Shown one piece after another: positions 37,132 to 49,072 of a stretch of DNA of 64,000 nucleotides. Location of the stretch: contig JBNJNM010000011.1 of assembly GCA_052426225.1 (NCBI GenBank), forward strand, positions 806,001-870,000, written 5' to 3'. Numbering within the stretch: position 1 is the stretch's first letter; every line of letters starts with the position of its first letter. Position numbers and translations under genes: made by a program. The notes below the pieces were generated by a model, which saw only the letters and a list, made by a program, of their open reading frames with translations, had not been told where the DNA came from and ran no database searches. This stretch comes from Zancudomyces culisetae HAW-14-8. Taxonomy: Eukaryota > Fungi > Kickxellomycota.

Positions 37132-37494
37132 ATGGAGGCACTTAACAGATACCTAGTAAACAACAAGACTTTTAGAGCAGTATTGAAGCCATTTGCTCCA
37201 CTCTGGGTGAAAGCTTCTGGATACCGTAGATTAGGACTTAGATACGACGATATAGTGATCGAGGAATCACCAGAAGCCCAAGAAGCGATGAGAAGATTGG
37301 ATGATGACGTTATGCAAGCTAGAATCTATAGAATGAAAAGAGCATTTCAACTTGATTCTACAATGCAAGAACTGCCTAAGGATCAATGGACAAAACCAAG
37401 CGAAGACAAGGAATACTTTTTGCCAGTTATCGAACAGGTCAGGGCTGAAGTTGCCGAGAGAAAGAAATTCGATAGTCTTAAACTTGAAAAATAA
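37132..37494 (+). CDS. QCR7: Cytochrome bc1 complex subunit 7 (14 kDa)
   Basis: ASGYRRLGLRYDDIVIEE..EAMRRL..RIYRMKRAFQL..LPKDQWTKP..E.AERKKFD. Confidence 0.95.
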   Translation: MEALNRYLVNNKTFRAVLKPFAPLWVKASGYRRLGLRYDDIVIEESPEAQEAMRRLDDDVMQARIYRMKRAFQLDSTMQELPKDQWTKPSEDKEYFLPVIEQVRAEVAERKKFDSLKLEK

Positions 37495-37572
37495 TCTTTA
37501 TTAAATCATTTTTCTCACATGAATAAAAGGCAAGCTACTAAATAAAAACACGATAAAAATTAATCTTATACT

Positions 37573-38760
37573 TTAATGTAGTCTATGTTCAGGACTGTGT
37601 GTGAATTCGTAGTCAACATGAACAAAAGCCCTTGCTACGGTTTTTAGATTTTCTAGTTTGGTTTGTAAGCTTTCGCCTACATCATGACTTATCCACAGCT
37701 CAGTGTTTCTGTCCATGACTACATCTACTTCAACATATAAATGTTCACCAGCATGGTAGGCCTTTACTGTATCGACATACTGAATTTTTTCATGGTGGGT
37801 TAGTGCGATATATGTTACCAATGTCAGAAATTCGGGATCTGCAGAGATACCCACTATCAGTTTGATCTGACTATAAGCTTCAGATGCCCAGGTGCATATT
37901 ATGTACAATGCTAATAATATAGCACCTACTGGATCTATATAATGACTATATAGCATTGACAGATACGCAGCCAGCAAGGCAAAAGAGTTTAGTATTACAT
38001 CATTTCTGTGGTCAGTCAGGAATGTCCTGACTGTAGAGTATTCCCTAAGTGTATAGCAGTAGAGAAACAGACCAGCTTTCATCAATATCGCAAAAAGCAC
38101 TGGTATAACGTTGATAAGGGTTAGATTCGGGGCGCTATGTTCACCGCTGTCCGTTAAACTTCTAACTGCTTCTGTTATCAGCTGGGCAGATAAGGTTGCC
38201 ATTAAAACGCTGAAAACGATTGTTCCTACTGTTTCTATTCTTTTTTTCCCTGTAGGATAGATCAGGAAGTGACGACTTTTGGCAGCATGTGTAGTGTACA
38301 CCAAAATCACACCAGCAACAATATCCATAATAGCATCCACCAATGTTGCTAGCATACTCAGCGATTTGCTACTTATACAAATAAATATCTGAACACCAAG
38401 TAAAATTACATTTCCCGCAAGAGATCCATACAATGCAATCTTCACTTTGGTGTTTTTTTTCTCAAGCTTTTCAAGATATTCCTCATGTTCCTCCTCATCC
38501 TCCATACCACCCGCTAGCAGCCTATCGATCAGCGAGTTTTGCTTTTCATAAAAATTTCCAATCTTCCTTTTGTATTTTTTTCCCAATGAATCTTTTACTT
38601 CTTTTATCTCCCGTTTTTTGCTCCTCAAATCAAAAATATCATGGACAGGAAACGGCGATTCTTCGGGGTTAGCGAACGAAATTGAATTCTCAGTCTGACC
38701 TAAATCCAAAGAATGTGCGTTGCCAAAACCATTCTCTATGGGTTGCTCGTGTGGATTCAT
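37573..38760 (-). CDS. Cation diffusion facilitator, Mn-CDF (MTP8-11-like)
   Basis: FYEKQNSLI N-terminal motif, TM2 DAIMD and TM5 DHRND (Asp-only site), YPTGKKRIE, SHDVGESLQ..RAFVHVDYEFTHSPEH. Confidence 0.9.
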   Translation of the reverse strand: MNPHEQPIENGFGNAHSLDLGQTENSISFANPEESPFPVHDIFDLRSKKREIKEVKDSLGKKYKRKIGNFYEKQNSLIDRLLAGGMEDEEEHEEYLEKLEKKNTKVKIALYGSLAGNVILLGVQIFICISSKSLSMLATLVDAIMDIVAGVILVYTTHAAKSRHFLIYPTGKKRIETVGTIVFSVLMATLSAQLITEAVRSLTDSGEHSAPNLTLINVIPVLFAILMKAGLFLYCYTLREYSTVRTFLTDHRNDVILNSFALLAAYLSMLYSHYIDPVGAILLALYIICTWASEAYSQIKLIVGISADPEFLTLVTYIALTHHEKIQYVDTVKAYHAGEHLYVEVDVVMDRNTELWISHDVGESLQTKLENLKTVARAFVHVDYEFTHSPEHRLH

Positions 38761-40882
38761 TCTTTATTTTTTTAATAGTGTGTATGATATTTTTAAGGTC
38801 GAACTCCCCCGAACTAGAGATATATTTACCTAGTAGTTCGTTTAATCACAGCTTTCAAATTTGTAACTTGCTATTACTGGGGATTGTTTACACATGAGCA
38901 ATTAGTTAACAATATCAAAAAATCGCAAAACTAAAATTTTTTCCGAAAAATAAGACGCTTTTGAATGTTCACATGTATATACCAGAAACCTATGTGACAG
39001 ACAGAGTTCACATAACTGATACTACTCAATTATATGACATACATCTTCAGCTTTTTCTTCAATGAAAAAGTTTTTGTTATTAAAAATTCGGTGATTCTAA
39101 CGTATCAAAGCCAAGGCAAAATCCTAAATACACGATTTTCTTTAATACATGTAAATTTATTAGTCAGCAGCCCCTTTTTATCCAATAAATAACAAGAATT
39201 CCGTTTTGTGTAAAGCCAATATGAATTTGGCTGCCTTTTTTGAAGGCCAAGCTATTGGAACTTCAATTGGGTCTGATGGGAAAGGGAAAACATATTGTGT
39301 TAACGTGGGCAAACCAGAAAAAAGTATCTGATTTCCATATCCTTTTTGTTTGCCCTCTCATTAGAAGGAGGTCTAGCTAAGGATAGCTATACCACGCTCC
39401 TTTATAGAGGCTACAAGCTACCGACCAAATAATTATAACGGCAATCTCTTTAGCACTGCTTATGATGTCCATCAGCAGGCCCAAAAAAATGGAAAAAAAA
39501 CTCCTTATTTCCGACCCGCAAAAATGGCACATTTGTGCCTATGAAAAAATAAAAGTGAAGCTGTTTTATCTTAGATTGTATACCTATGTTTTAGGAGTTC
39601 TAGAACGTGTGTCCATGTCCAAGTGAATGATGCTTGTTGGGGCTAACTCTAGATTTGAAAACGTGCAGTTTAATTTACCTGTAACCCCTCTTTCCTCCAC
39701 ATCGCAATACTTTGTATGGGCATTGAATAAACCCAGTCAAAAATAAGCACAAGAACAGCACAGGTCATTAGTAGTGTAGATATCACCATCACTTTTTATG
39801 CCTGTATGCACCATTGCTTAATTAGATAAATGGAAGGTGGTAAAGCAGATATAGTCACAGTATATATACACAAAGGAAGCACCCTTCGTTCACCACAAAC
39901 CCAGTCTAAAAGACAGAAATAAACAATAAATTTGCAAAGATTTTTGTGTACTAGACACACCACCACCAAGAATCAAGGCAAAAAAATATATAAAAATATA
40001 AAAAAATAAAGTAAAATAAAAACTTTTGAGCCCATAAACTCAACCCGAAGGAGAGAGAGGGGGAAGAGTTTTTTTTTTAAAAAAAAAACAACATTGACGT
40101 TGTAAGATAAGTGCAACATTAAACTCACCTAATTTGGGAAAACGTGTCTGCTAAGGTCTATGGCTAGACCAATATTGATATTAATTGTTGAAAAGACAAA
40201 GTTCCATTTTAAAAAATCCGAACAACAGCACTAAGTGTGGTTGTTCCAAAAAGAACACTTATTAGTGGATAAGTGTATCTTCTCGGTTTTTTGCAAACTT
40301 TTACTGGTTGTAATAAGTATAGCATTGTAACAGGATGCAAGGCTATAGGTTGCAAGAAAGCAGCTAGATGTGTTAGGCAATAATGACAAACGGGTGTGTT
40401 CTGCATTGCTTACTGTGCTACTATCCGTCATGCATACACTTGCAATTCAACAGATTAGTTGAGTCAGTAGTTTTTACATAGGTAATCAAAATTTTTTTTG
40501 TAATATTTGCTCATTGTTATTACCAATTTAAGCTTTTAATCTTTATAGGTTTGGCACTAGCGCTTTTTTCAAATAGTTTATTGACATGAAATGCGAACTA
40601 ACCACAGTAGGAACCTTTAAAGGGGGTAAAAATAAAAAACCACAAAGAATACTGATAACCCAAAACATCGAAATATAGAAATAGATATCTTGCATCTATA
40701 GCGTCCATATACATTCTCCGTAGTTTATACGCTAACACACGCGGAAAAAACCCGAATAAAACAGGCTATACCGAGATATATAGTCGTTCACGCTTGATGG
40801 GCTACTGCTGCATATACATCGACAGTGGTAAAAAAGAAAACGTAGCACAAAAAAACAATAAGGCTACGTATAATTGCAAAGT

Positions 40883-41995
40883 ATGAACGTAGAAATGGAT
40901 GCTCAGCATGTAAATATAGAGCGTGAGCTCAGAGTTGGTGATAACTGCAACCTTGTTGGGGGGTTTTCAATTATACTTCGTGGAGTGGTTGTTATTATCG
41001 CCTTTTCGACATTGCTAGTTAAGTGGCAACTTGAAAAAAACAAGCGAGCATCTATAGTCTGGTAAATATTTTATTGAAGTTTCACTTTATTGTAGTATAT
41101 TTTCACGTAGTACAAACACTTTATTTGTCGATGTGAAAATTTTATGGTGCAGTTAATATATAGTAGTAGACATCTGGTGCTTGATCTATATTTATGCCTA
41201 TTTATTTTAGGGGTATGGACGTATCGAAGCAGATTGTAGGGTCATGTGTAATGCACATATGTAATTTAGTCGTCTCGATAGTTTTAGGGAATAAATCAAA
41301 ACAAAACTCAAATCCCTGTGCATGGTAAGACTTGTACTTTCAGACTTTTATTTCGTTTTAGCTCATTCTTCTAACTTTTTTTATAATGTGAAGAACATAT
41401 GAGGATACCTTGAGTGACCAAAACCAAGCTAACGCCTATCATCATATGCACATATAGGTACACCATTAATCTTTTTCTCGACTGTACCTTTGGGGTCGTT
41501 TTAGTTTATGGGATTCTCAAGCTACATGCTTCTGTTTCAGCTTGGTTTGGTGTTAAGCAACTTGAGAGCGGATACTATGGGGATCCAATAAACTACTGGA
41601 ATTGGATTAACCAGTGTATAGTATTCATATCGGCTTTACTTCTTATGAAGGCACTGGTTGTCTTTTGCATTAAAAGTTTGTCAATTTTTTTACACATTGG
41701 CGAATTTATCCTTTTGCCGTCGAAGCTTATGGACAGTGCCAATTTTGAAATATTCTATGTGCTAGTGGTCCTCCCACTGGTCTTAAATATCATTGAATTT
41801 CTGTTAGTGGATCAAATAATCAAAAGAAAGTCTAAAGGAGAAGAGTACTTGGATTTGGGTCAAAAATCAGTTGTTAGAGATTTCCGACGATCAAGTACAG
41901 AGGATGAGCTCTTTTCCAATGAAACGAAGATTTCGTACGAGCCTTTCTACAAAAGGGCTGATTTAATCGATTCCATAAAAGAGGACAGACACTAG
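40883..41995 (+). CDS. STIMATE/TMEM110/YPL162C-like vacuolar/ER membrane protein (3 exons)
   Basis: CNLVGGFSIIL..STLLVKWQLEK..R..IVW|.MDVSKQIVG..MH..N..NPCAW|YTINLFLDCTFGV..SGYYGDP..W..Q. Confidence 0.82.
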
Positions 41996-42280
41996 GTACT
42001 TTTTTTGCGAATGTAAACGAGTGCACATGGATATTCTATTTTTTTAACCTTTCGATGTGACACCACCTCGAAACAGCCATAGTTCCTATTCCACTTTTAT
42101 TTTGATACCACAGCGCCAAATATGATTCTGCAACATCATTTCCGTCTCCTGTTTTTTTCATATAGTATAGCTGATATTGTTAGATTAGTCTTGCATGTTA
42201 TTTTCTTAATTCTGTAAAACAATAATAATAATATTTTATTACTGCCTTTTTTCAAAGGCATTCTAATTTGCTTTAATTTC

Positions 42281-42383
42281 TTATCTGATCATCCACTGGA
42301 GATTATGAATTGGCTTATCAGATATTAGAAGATCATTTTATTAGTCTATATATCTATTATATTGTGCCCCGCTTATCAGATAA
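42281..42383. promoter_or_regulatory. Cluster of extended GATA sites matching ATC(A/T)GATAA (iron-responsive GATA repressor consensus)
   Basis: TTATCTGAT 42281-42289, TTATCAGAT 42315-42323, and TTATCAGATAA 42373-42383 (matches on both strands). Confidence 0.45.
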
Positions 42384-42883
42384 AAAGCTAATAGATACTT
42401 CTTATAACTAAACATTCGGATAAGCAAAGTGGATGACTTTTTCTGATAGCAACCAACTGGATTGATTTAACCATTCATCTAATAATCAAAAGGAAATAGT
42501 TACCCATTTGTAATTCAACTATATAGCAATAGTTATATCGAATGAGCATCATAATCAAAAGCTTGATGTCACATGAAAGTGTGATTTGTACGGGGGGAGC
42601 TGGTTGTATTGGGGGTGACAGGAACCAAAGCTAAAACCGGGCCGTGAGTATTAAGGTCCAGCCGCCTTTTAATCTTGTTGCACTGCTTTCGGATAGAGAA
42701 ACATGCTAACCATTCGCCTACTCCAAATATATGAGCGAGGACATCCGGAATAATCCCAAGAAGATACTTTTCAAGTTGCTTTATAAGTCATGATTTCACA
42801 ATAATGCAATTGTTGTTAGCTGTATGGTTGGTGGCTCTAATTACTGAACACAATGCCACAAAGTACGAGTATGGCGTAGTGTG

Positions 42884-42937
42884 GGGATGAGGTCGGGATG
42901 AGGTCGGGATGAGGTCGGGATGAGGTCGGGATGAGGT
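42884..42937 (+). repeat. Tandem 11-mer (GGGATGAGGTC) x~5
   Basis: Directly visible perfect repeat ~1.4 kb upstream of pacC. Confidence 0.95.
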
Positions 42938-44328
42938 AGATGTCCCGAACATTATTTCACCTTTGGGTGTGCTGACCCGTGGGAGGTCATAGTTAGGATC
43001 TTTTTTTTTATGGATGAGCTAGCTACCTTTTCTATTCGCCATTTTTTTTGGAGGATAATCAATTTTAATATGTTTTTCCTGGAACTAGCCTTAAACAAAT
43101 ATGTATAAAAAAAAATGGAGAATAATGGGCAGTATACGCTTGGCATCGAAGCTAATAGGTTCAGTTCGAAAGTGTTAGGATTTCCCATTTACAAGTGCAG
43201 CTTTTAAATTTTTGTCCATGATTATAATGTTGAGAATTGCTTTGAAACTAATTTAGAGATAGGTGGGGAGGAAAAGGGGGAGAAAAAAAGGGAATAATGC
43301 AAAAAAGCCAGAGAGAAGGGAAGGAAAAGACATTATAGTTATGAAGAGAATTATTTTTAATGACGGAATAGGTAAGGGTAAAACAACAAAAATGTTCACT
43401 TAAATATTGATTGGATGTTAGTAATTTGCCTAGAAAATTCGAATAATAGACCGACAATTAAGTTGTGTGGAATACAACCAATTAGATAATATTAAGCCAA
43501 TCATATCATTAATCTTACACTCTTCAACTGCTTTTTTAATTTTATTTTTTGATGCAAAGAGTATTTCTAGCGTGTCGGCAGGAAATGATATTGGTTTTTA
43601 TCTTCTGGTAGTAGGAAGCATTATTTTAGGGATTTGATATCCACACTCAATCATTACAAATCAATAACCTTAAATACCAAGAGATTTGAAAGAAAACCCC
43701 CTTCTCCATCCCATCGACCTCGAACTTTATTAAAAAAAATTGCAAATGTCTAGAAAAAGACCAGAAAAGCGGTAAATGCAGCACTTATAAAATAAAAAAA
43801 CCCCCCATTCATGTTTTAATTTGAAATTGATGAGGTCTTTTTTAGGTTATTTTTTTTACCTATTACTTAACTGCGTGTAGTGTATGTTGGGCTTCTTGTC
43901 ACCAATAAATGGTGTTTTCACCATGTCAAAAAAAAACCTGTTGCTTTACACAAAATACATTTAAAGGGGGGGTAGAAAAAAAAAAGCGTTTCATTAATTA
44001 TAATATGTTTTTTTCTCTAAAAGATTTTACTTATATTGAAATATATTTGCACTTTAAAAAAGCAAGGGCGGGTAATTACAAATAACAGCCCTGGATAACA
44101 GCTAACAGCGCTAAAAAGTTTTGGTTTTATAATATATTGAGAAGCTCTGTATATTTTGATATTGTTGTAGAGTAGTATACATAACCTTAAAAGTCCGAGA
44201 ATAAAAAAAGGGACGGAAAGAAATATTTTAAGTTTGATTTAAGTATAATTGAAGGCGAGGTAACACTAAGAGTGAAGCGCAATCATACCAGTGGGGAGGT
44301 AAAGACAATAGGGTCAAGGGAAAAGAAA

Positions 44329-47214
44329 ATGACAAAATACAATAATAAGCCAGTGCAAGCAGAAGAATCCGAGTCAGACGACGAAAAGAACCTTAAGTGT
44401 GAGTGGGAAAACTGCACAGACGGGCCTTTCAGTGATGCAGTTGTGTTGTATGAACACCTGACTTCAGTTCATGTGGGTAGAAAGTCTAAAGGCAATCTGT
44501 GCTTGGATTGCAAGTGGGGTAGTTGTAATGTCAAAACTACAAAACGAGACCATATTACGTCTCATTTGAAGGTACATGTGCCACTGAAACCATTTCAGTG
44601 TGACAAATGTACGAAAAGGTTCAAGAGAAGCCAAGACTTGAAAAAGCATGAAAGAACGCACACGAAAGGGGTTGAAGATCTAGGAGCAGTTAGTAGAGGG
44701 GTAAAAAGGGCAGGAGTAGGAATGGATATAGAGGGTGATGCCAGCCTTGTAGCGAAAAAGCATGGTATAGAAAGTTGGGATGACGTTGGATATTCAATAG
44801 TTCCAAATATATACGCACCGCAATGTCCCATAAAAGTAGATTTCAATGCATATAGGACAGTACAAGATAAGAATGCTATGGCAATATCTCACCTTGAAGA
44901 AATTCGCGATAATTCCAAGAAATTCCGCAACAGTAAGCAGCAAGACAGCGAATCCAAGGACCGTATATACGGGGCGCTCAATAATCTATTGATGATCGAT
45001 CCATCTGATATCTTGGAGCTACCACCAAGTTTGACTACCGAGGAGGGAATTAGAGAATTGAATAGCGAATTTTTGAAGCTATTTCCGGAGCTTGGAACTA
45101 GAAATTTTGACAGTCAGAATCCACCACCATGGACGGAAATTGGCAACGAAAAAGTGACACATATGCTTAACAACCTCATAACGCATTACCCGAGCGAAAT
45201 GTTGTTTGAGAATCTGGTGAACCAGCTCGGAGACCAACAGAAGCCACAATTGCAGTTATCAGGTGGAAAAGGTGGTACTGGCAGTGCGAAGGAACCACAG
45301 CAAATGAATGAACTGAAAGTAGATGAACAATTATTGGTTACACCGGATATAGTCAGAATGGATGAGGTTGGGAACATTATTGAGGGCAGAAGTAAAATGG
45401 ATTTCAGAATCCAGGACCAACAACAAAATGGTTCAAGCATTTTTGGAGGAAGCTCGCCGCTAAACTATAGAGATTCCAGCAGTATCGTTATGGACGCTGG
45501 AGGTAGCTTTGGAGGACAGAAATATGGCAGTTTCAGTAATAATATCGGTTCCCAATCTGCCACGCTCACACATATCGATGGCTTGTCACCATCAGTTCTT
45601 TCGGATAATGTGTTTTCACCAGAGGCGGTTAAGTTTGAGATAACTCAGAATCCGGAGGATATGCTGAACGAAAACATCACTAATTCAAATATGATGTATG
45701 AGATGTTTACAGCCAATGATACGGGAAAAACAGGGTATAGCAATAACACACTTCACGTACCCAGCTTTGGCGTGAGCGAGGGCAGACCTCGCAGTCCAAC
45801 AAGTTCAGAGACAGCAACCGCAAGTCAGGTGGATCAATGTTTGGAACAACACCTGGCAGAGGGGATAGGTGCAACGGTGTCTGGTGGAGCGAAAGAAAAT
45901 GCATGGGAGTTGGAAAATAAGCGCAACTGGAACATTGACAACTATTCAATTAGCGGATTTAACTTTGATGCCGAAAAAATCAGAAACAGCACGGGTGTTC
46001 GTAGTAATGCTAGTGACAGCAGCGATGTTACTATTAAGGCAGAGAGTGCAATGGGTAAAGACCAGATGTCAATTTACAAATTTTTATTGGAGATTTCCGA
46101 TAATATTGGCTTGGAACTTACACCCCTCCAGAAACAGAGACTAAGCAAGTTGGAGGAAATCAGGGAGATAGGGAATAGCTGTATGCAACAGTATCTAGCC
46201 AATAGTGGTAGCACCAATACCAACCAAAACAAGAGACAGGCATGCAGTAACAACATTACTATAAGTGATACATCTGCAACTGCGAGATTACTTAATCCAG
46301 AACAAAGCTATATTCATTCATCAATAATGGCATCCAAATTCAACAGCAGCAACTATAATTACAACAACGACAATCCAAACAATGCTGCACCTTTATCTGG
46401 GTTTGAACCATCATTTAACTTTTATAGCAACACTAGTACTGCTTCAGCGCTCGCAAACCAAGGCATTAGTATTAATAACAATGCTAATAAGGGTAACGCA
46501 GAGATGGTTGATTATCTTAGTCGATTGGCACAGATCAAGAGACAAACTATCCCACAGCCAAAAGTGTTCGATGGAAGCAGTAATGGTGTTATTTATAACC
46601 CAATTTTCAGAACAGTTAACACTCAACAACGCAGCAACTTATCAGATCAGGATGGTGAACAGGACGATGCACAGGAGAAATCTAGTGCTAACTCAAACCC
46701 ATGGCGGCTAGAAGATATTATGCGGTCAGATTTGATGACCTCTAGCAGCAGCGAGTCCTCTGACAGCGAAGATGATGATAGCGATGCCGGTGTATCTATG
46801 TCAATGTATCCTGAGCTTGACGAAATAGATGGTGGTAGGGACCATCCAGCGTCTGAACCTGCTATGTTTACTTTAAACTCTGTACGCTCAGGAATGCCAA
46901 CATCATCTCTTGCTTCTTCTGGTAGACCTGGATCTTTGAAATCAGACTCAAAGCTACATAAAGAGGTCGTTAAACGCAGGGGGGCTAATTGGCTTGTCTC
47001 CAAAATTGTCGAACAGGCTGAAGAATATGATGAGGCTGATGATGACTTTGGGATTGCGGAATTGGCAAAGAAGTTTGGCTGTATGCAAATTCTTGACAAG
47101 TTATGTACTGCAGACCGTAAAGAGCATGCCAAGTCTGTTGCTTCGCTCTTAGCTAGGATTAACCTGCTTTATATTAACAATTTGCTTAACTCATCAATCA
47201 ACGTGAGCCAATAA
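44329..47214 (+). CDS. pacC: pH-response C2H2 transcription factor PacC/Rim101
   Basis: Three zinc fingers with PacC signatures ([50 protein letters not shown]) and a C-terminal YPEL motif. First ATG is at 44329; the track's GTG start is probably not used. Confidence 0.93.
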   Translation: MTKYNNKPVQAEESESDDEKNLKCEWENCTDGPFSDAVVLYEHLTSVHVGRKSKGNLCLDCKWGSCNVKTTKRDHITSHLKVHVPLKPFQCDKCTKRFKRSQDLKKHERTHTKGVEDLGAVSRGVKRAGVGMDIEGDASLVAKKHGIESWDDVGYSIVPNIYAPQCPIKVDFNAYRTVQDKNAMAISHLEEIRDNSKKFRNSKQQDSESKDRIYGALNNLLMIDPSDILELPPSLTTEEGIRELNSEFLKLFPELGTRNFDSQNPPPWTEIGNEKVTHMLNNLITHYPSEMLFENLVNQLGDQQKPQLQLSGGKGGTGSAKEPQQMNELKVDEQLLVTPDIVRMDEVGNIIEGRSKMDFRIQDQQQNGSSIFGGSSPLNYRDSSSIVMDAGGSFGGQKYGSFSNNIGSQSATLTHIDGLSPSVLSDNVFSPEAVKFEITQNPEDMLNENITNSNMMYEMFTANDTGKTGYSNNTLHVPSFGVSEGRPRSPTSSETATASQVDQCLEQHLAEGIGATVSGGAKENAWELENKRNWNIDNYSISGFNFDAEKIRNSTGVRSNASDSSDVTIKAESAMGKDQMSIYKFLLEISDNIGLELTPLQKQRLSKLEEIREIGNSCMQQYLANSGSTNTNQNKRQACSNNITISDTSATARLLNPEQSYIHSSIMASKFNSSNYNYNNDNPNNAAPLSGFEPSFNFYSNTSTASALANQGISINNNANKGNAEMVDYLSRLAQIKRQTIPQPKVFDGSSNGVIYNPIFRTVNTQQRSNLSDQDGEQDDAQEKSSANSNPWRLEDIMRSDLMTSSSSESSDSEDDDSDAGVSMSMYPELDEIDGGRDHPASEPAMFTLNSVRSGMPTSSLASSGRPGSLKSDSKLHKEVVKRRGANWLVSKIVEQAEEYDEADDDFGIAELAKKFGCMQILDKLCTADRKEHAKSVASLLARINLLYINNLLNSSINVSQ

Positions 47215-47370
47215 TACTTCTTTTTTATTTTCTCTTCCTTCGATTGGAGGGGAAGGGGTGGGATGGGAGAAGATCAAAGTTTTGATATTCGTTTTGTTAT
47301 TTGTTTTTTTATTTATTTTGTCATACCACAAAGAGTATTTTTAAAAAATGAATAAAGATAAATTAAAATA

Positions 47371-49072
47371 TTATTTGGTAAACATTGATCCACTAGCAGA
47401 GTATACTGATGAGATCTTGGCGATAGCATTAATAAGTGCAGCGGTTTTATAGTCGACCTTTTTGATGTTAGCTGTTGACCGGGTTTCGTGACATGCCACA
47501 ATCATGGTATCCTCCAACCCGCTATACACAAGCTCATGCTCTTCAGCACCATGAATAAGAGTTCGTCGTTCAGCTTCGTTGAGTTTTCTGCCAGCATTTG
47601 CCTCGACCAGATTCAGAAGTTTACTTTTACCTTGTTCATCCCATTTTTTGTTCATTCTGCCAAACCTGACATGGCTCAAGTTTTTCAGCCATTCAAAGTA
47701 CGACACACATACACCACCTGCATTCAACAACATATCAGGAATCACCAATACGCCACGCTGTCTCAGGTACTCGTCCGCTCCTGGAGTGAGTGGTCCGTTT
47801 GCCGCTTCTCCAACCATTTTGGCGCGAATGTTTTTCACGTTCTTGAGCCCAATCTGTCTTTCCATGGCTGCTGGAATCAACACATCACACTCAAGCTCCA
47901 GGAGTTTCATTGGATCGTCAACCACCGTTGCATCAGTGAATCCCTTGAACGATCCAGTTCTTTTCTTGTGTTCGCTTAGTTTGTCAATGTCTAGCCCATC
48001 TCGGCTGTACACACCACAATCATACTCAGCAATCGCAATAATCTTGGCTCCATTGCTGTGGAAAAACTTTGACGCCCAGTATCCAACATTTCCGAAACCC
48101 TGAAGTACCATCGTTGTCCCTTCAATCAAACCGTGATGTTTCATTTTTTCCTGCACCTCTGGATATCCAAGAAACTCCCTAATACCATAATAAACCCCCA
48201 GCCCTGTGGCCTCGGCTCTCCCTCTAACTCCACCTAACGACACTGGTTTTCCTGTAACACACCCGAGTCCATTTACGTCTCCTGGGTTAAACTGTGCATA
48301 TGTATCGGCTATCCATGCCATCTCACGACCCCCTGTTCCAATATCAGGTGCGGGAACATCAATTCCTGGACCGATGAATCCCTTCTGGCACAACTCCATT
48401 GTGTACCTTCTTGTGATTCTTTCGAGCTGCGCTTCAGTCCAGTCATTTGGGTTAATGGCTATTCCTCCCTTGGCCCCTCCAAAGGGAACGTCTACTATTG
48501 CACACTTGTATGTCATCAGCGATGCCAGAGCCTCAACTTCTTGCATATCAACTTGTGATGAATATCTTATACCACCCTTTACAGGCAGTCTGTGTCTAGA
48601 ATGCTGCGCTCTGTAGCCTTTGATATTTACTATTTCTCCATCACTATTTTCAATAGGAAATATCACACTTAATACCGCATCCACAGCGTTCATCGACTGT
48701 AGAATTTTTGGGTTGACGTCCGAGAGTTTGGATGCCCTATCGAATGCAAGCTCTACCGATTGAAGAAAGTTTGGCTCGTCCGGTAAAACCGCAGCACTTT
48801 CTGTTCCATGGTTTCTTTTAAATACTGAAATTACTGGTTGTAATTTGGTCGTCTTGACAGCACTATGGTTTGAACAAAAAAAGTTTTATAGGTTTTTTTA
48901 TTTTATTAGTATATTTACTTTGTTAGAGCTAACTGTATAAATATAAGCGTGAAATAATACTTTAATATAAATACTTTTATATGAACTTGAGTGGCTAATG
49001 ACTCTACACAAAAAATTTTGTATACCTTCTTTTGACAATGCTGGTCAAGGAATTTTTTGTTATTCTAAGCAT
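47371..49072 (-). CDS. Mitochondrial NAD(P)-glutamate dehydrogenase, animal GLUD1-like
   Basis: Presequence exon MLRITKNSLTSIVKR, EPNFLQSV, KGGIRY, MTYKCA, GGAKGG, DVPAPD, GFGNVG, SYFEWLKNLSHVRFGR, and an antenna-like helical insert before LVYSGLEDTM. Confidence 0.93.

Noticed and set aside
42243-42260. TGCCTTT-TTTC-AAAGGCA hairpin resembling a histone stem-loop
   Set aside because: The stem sequence does not match the consensus and the upstream gene is not a histone; likely chance.
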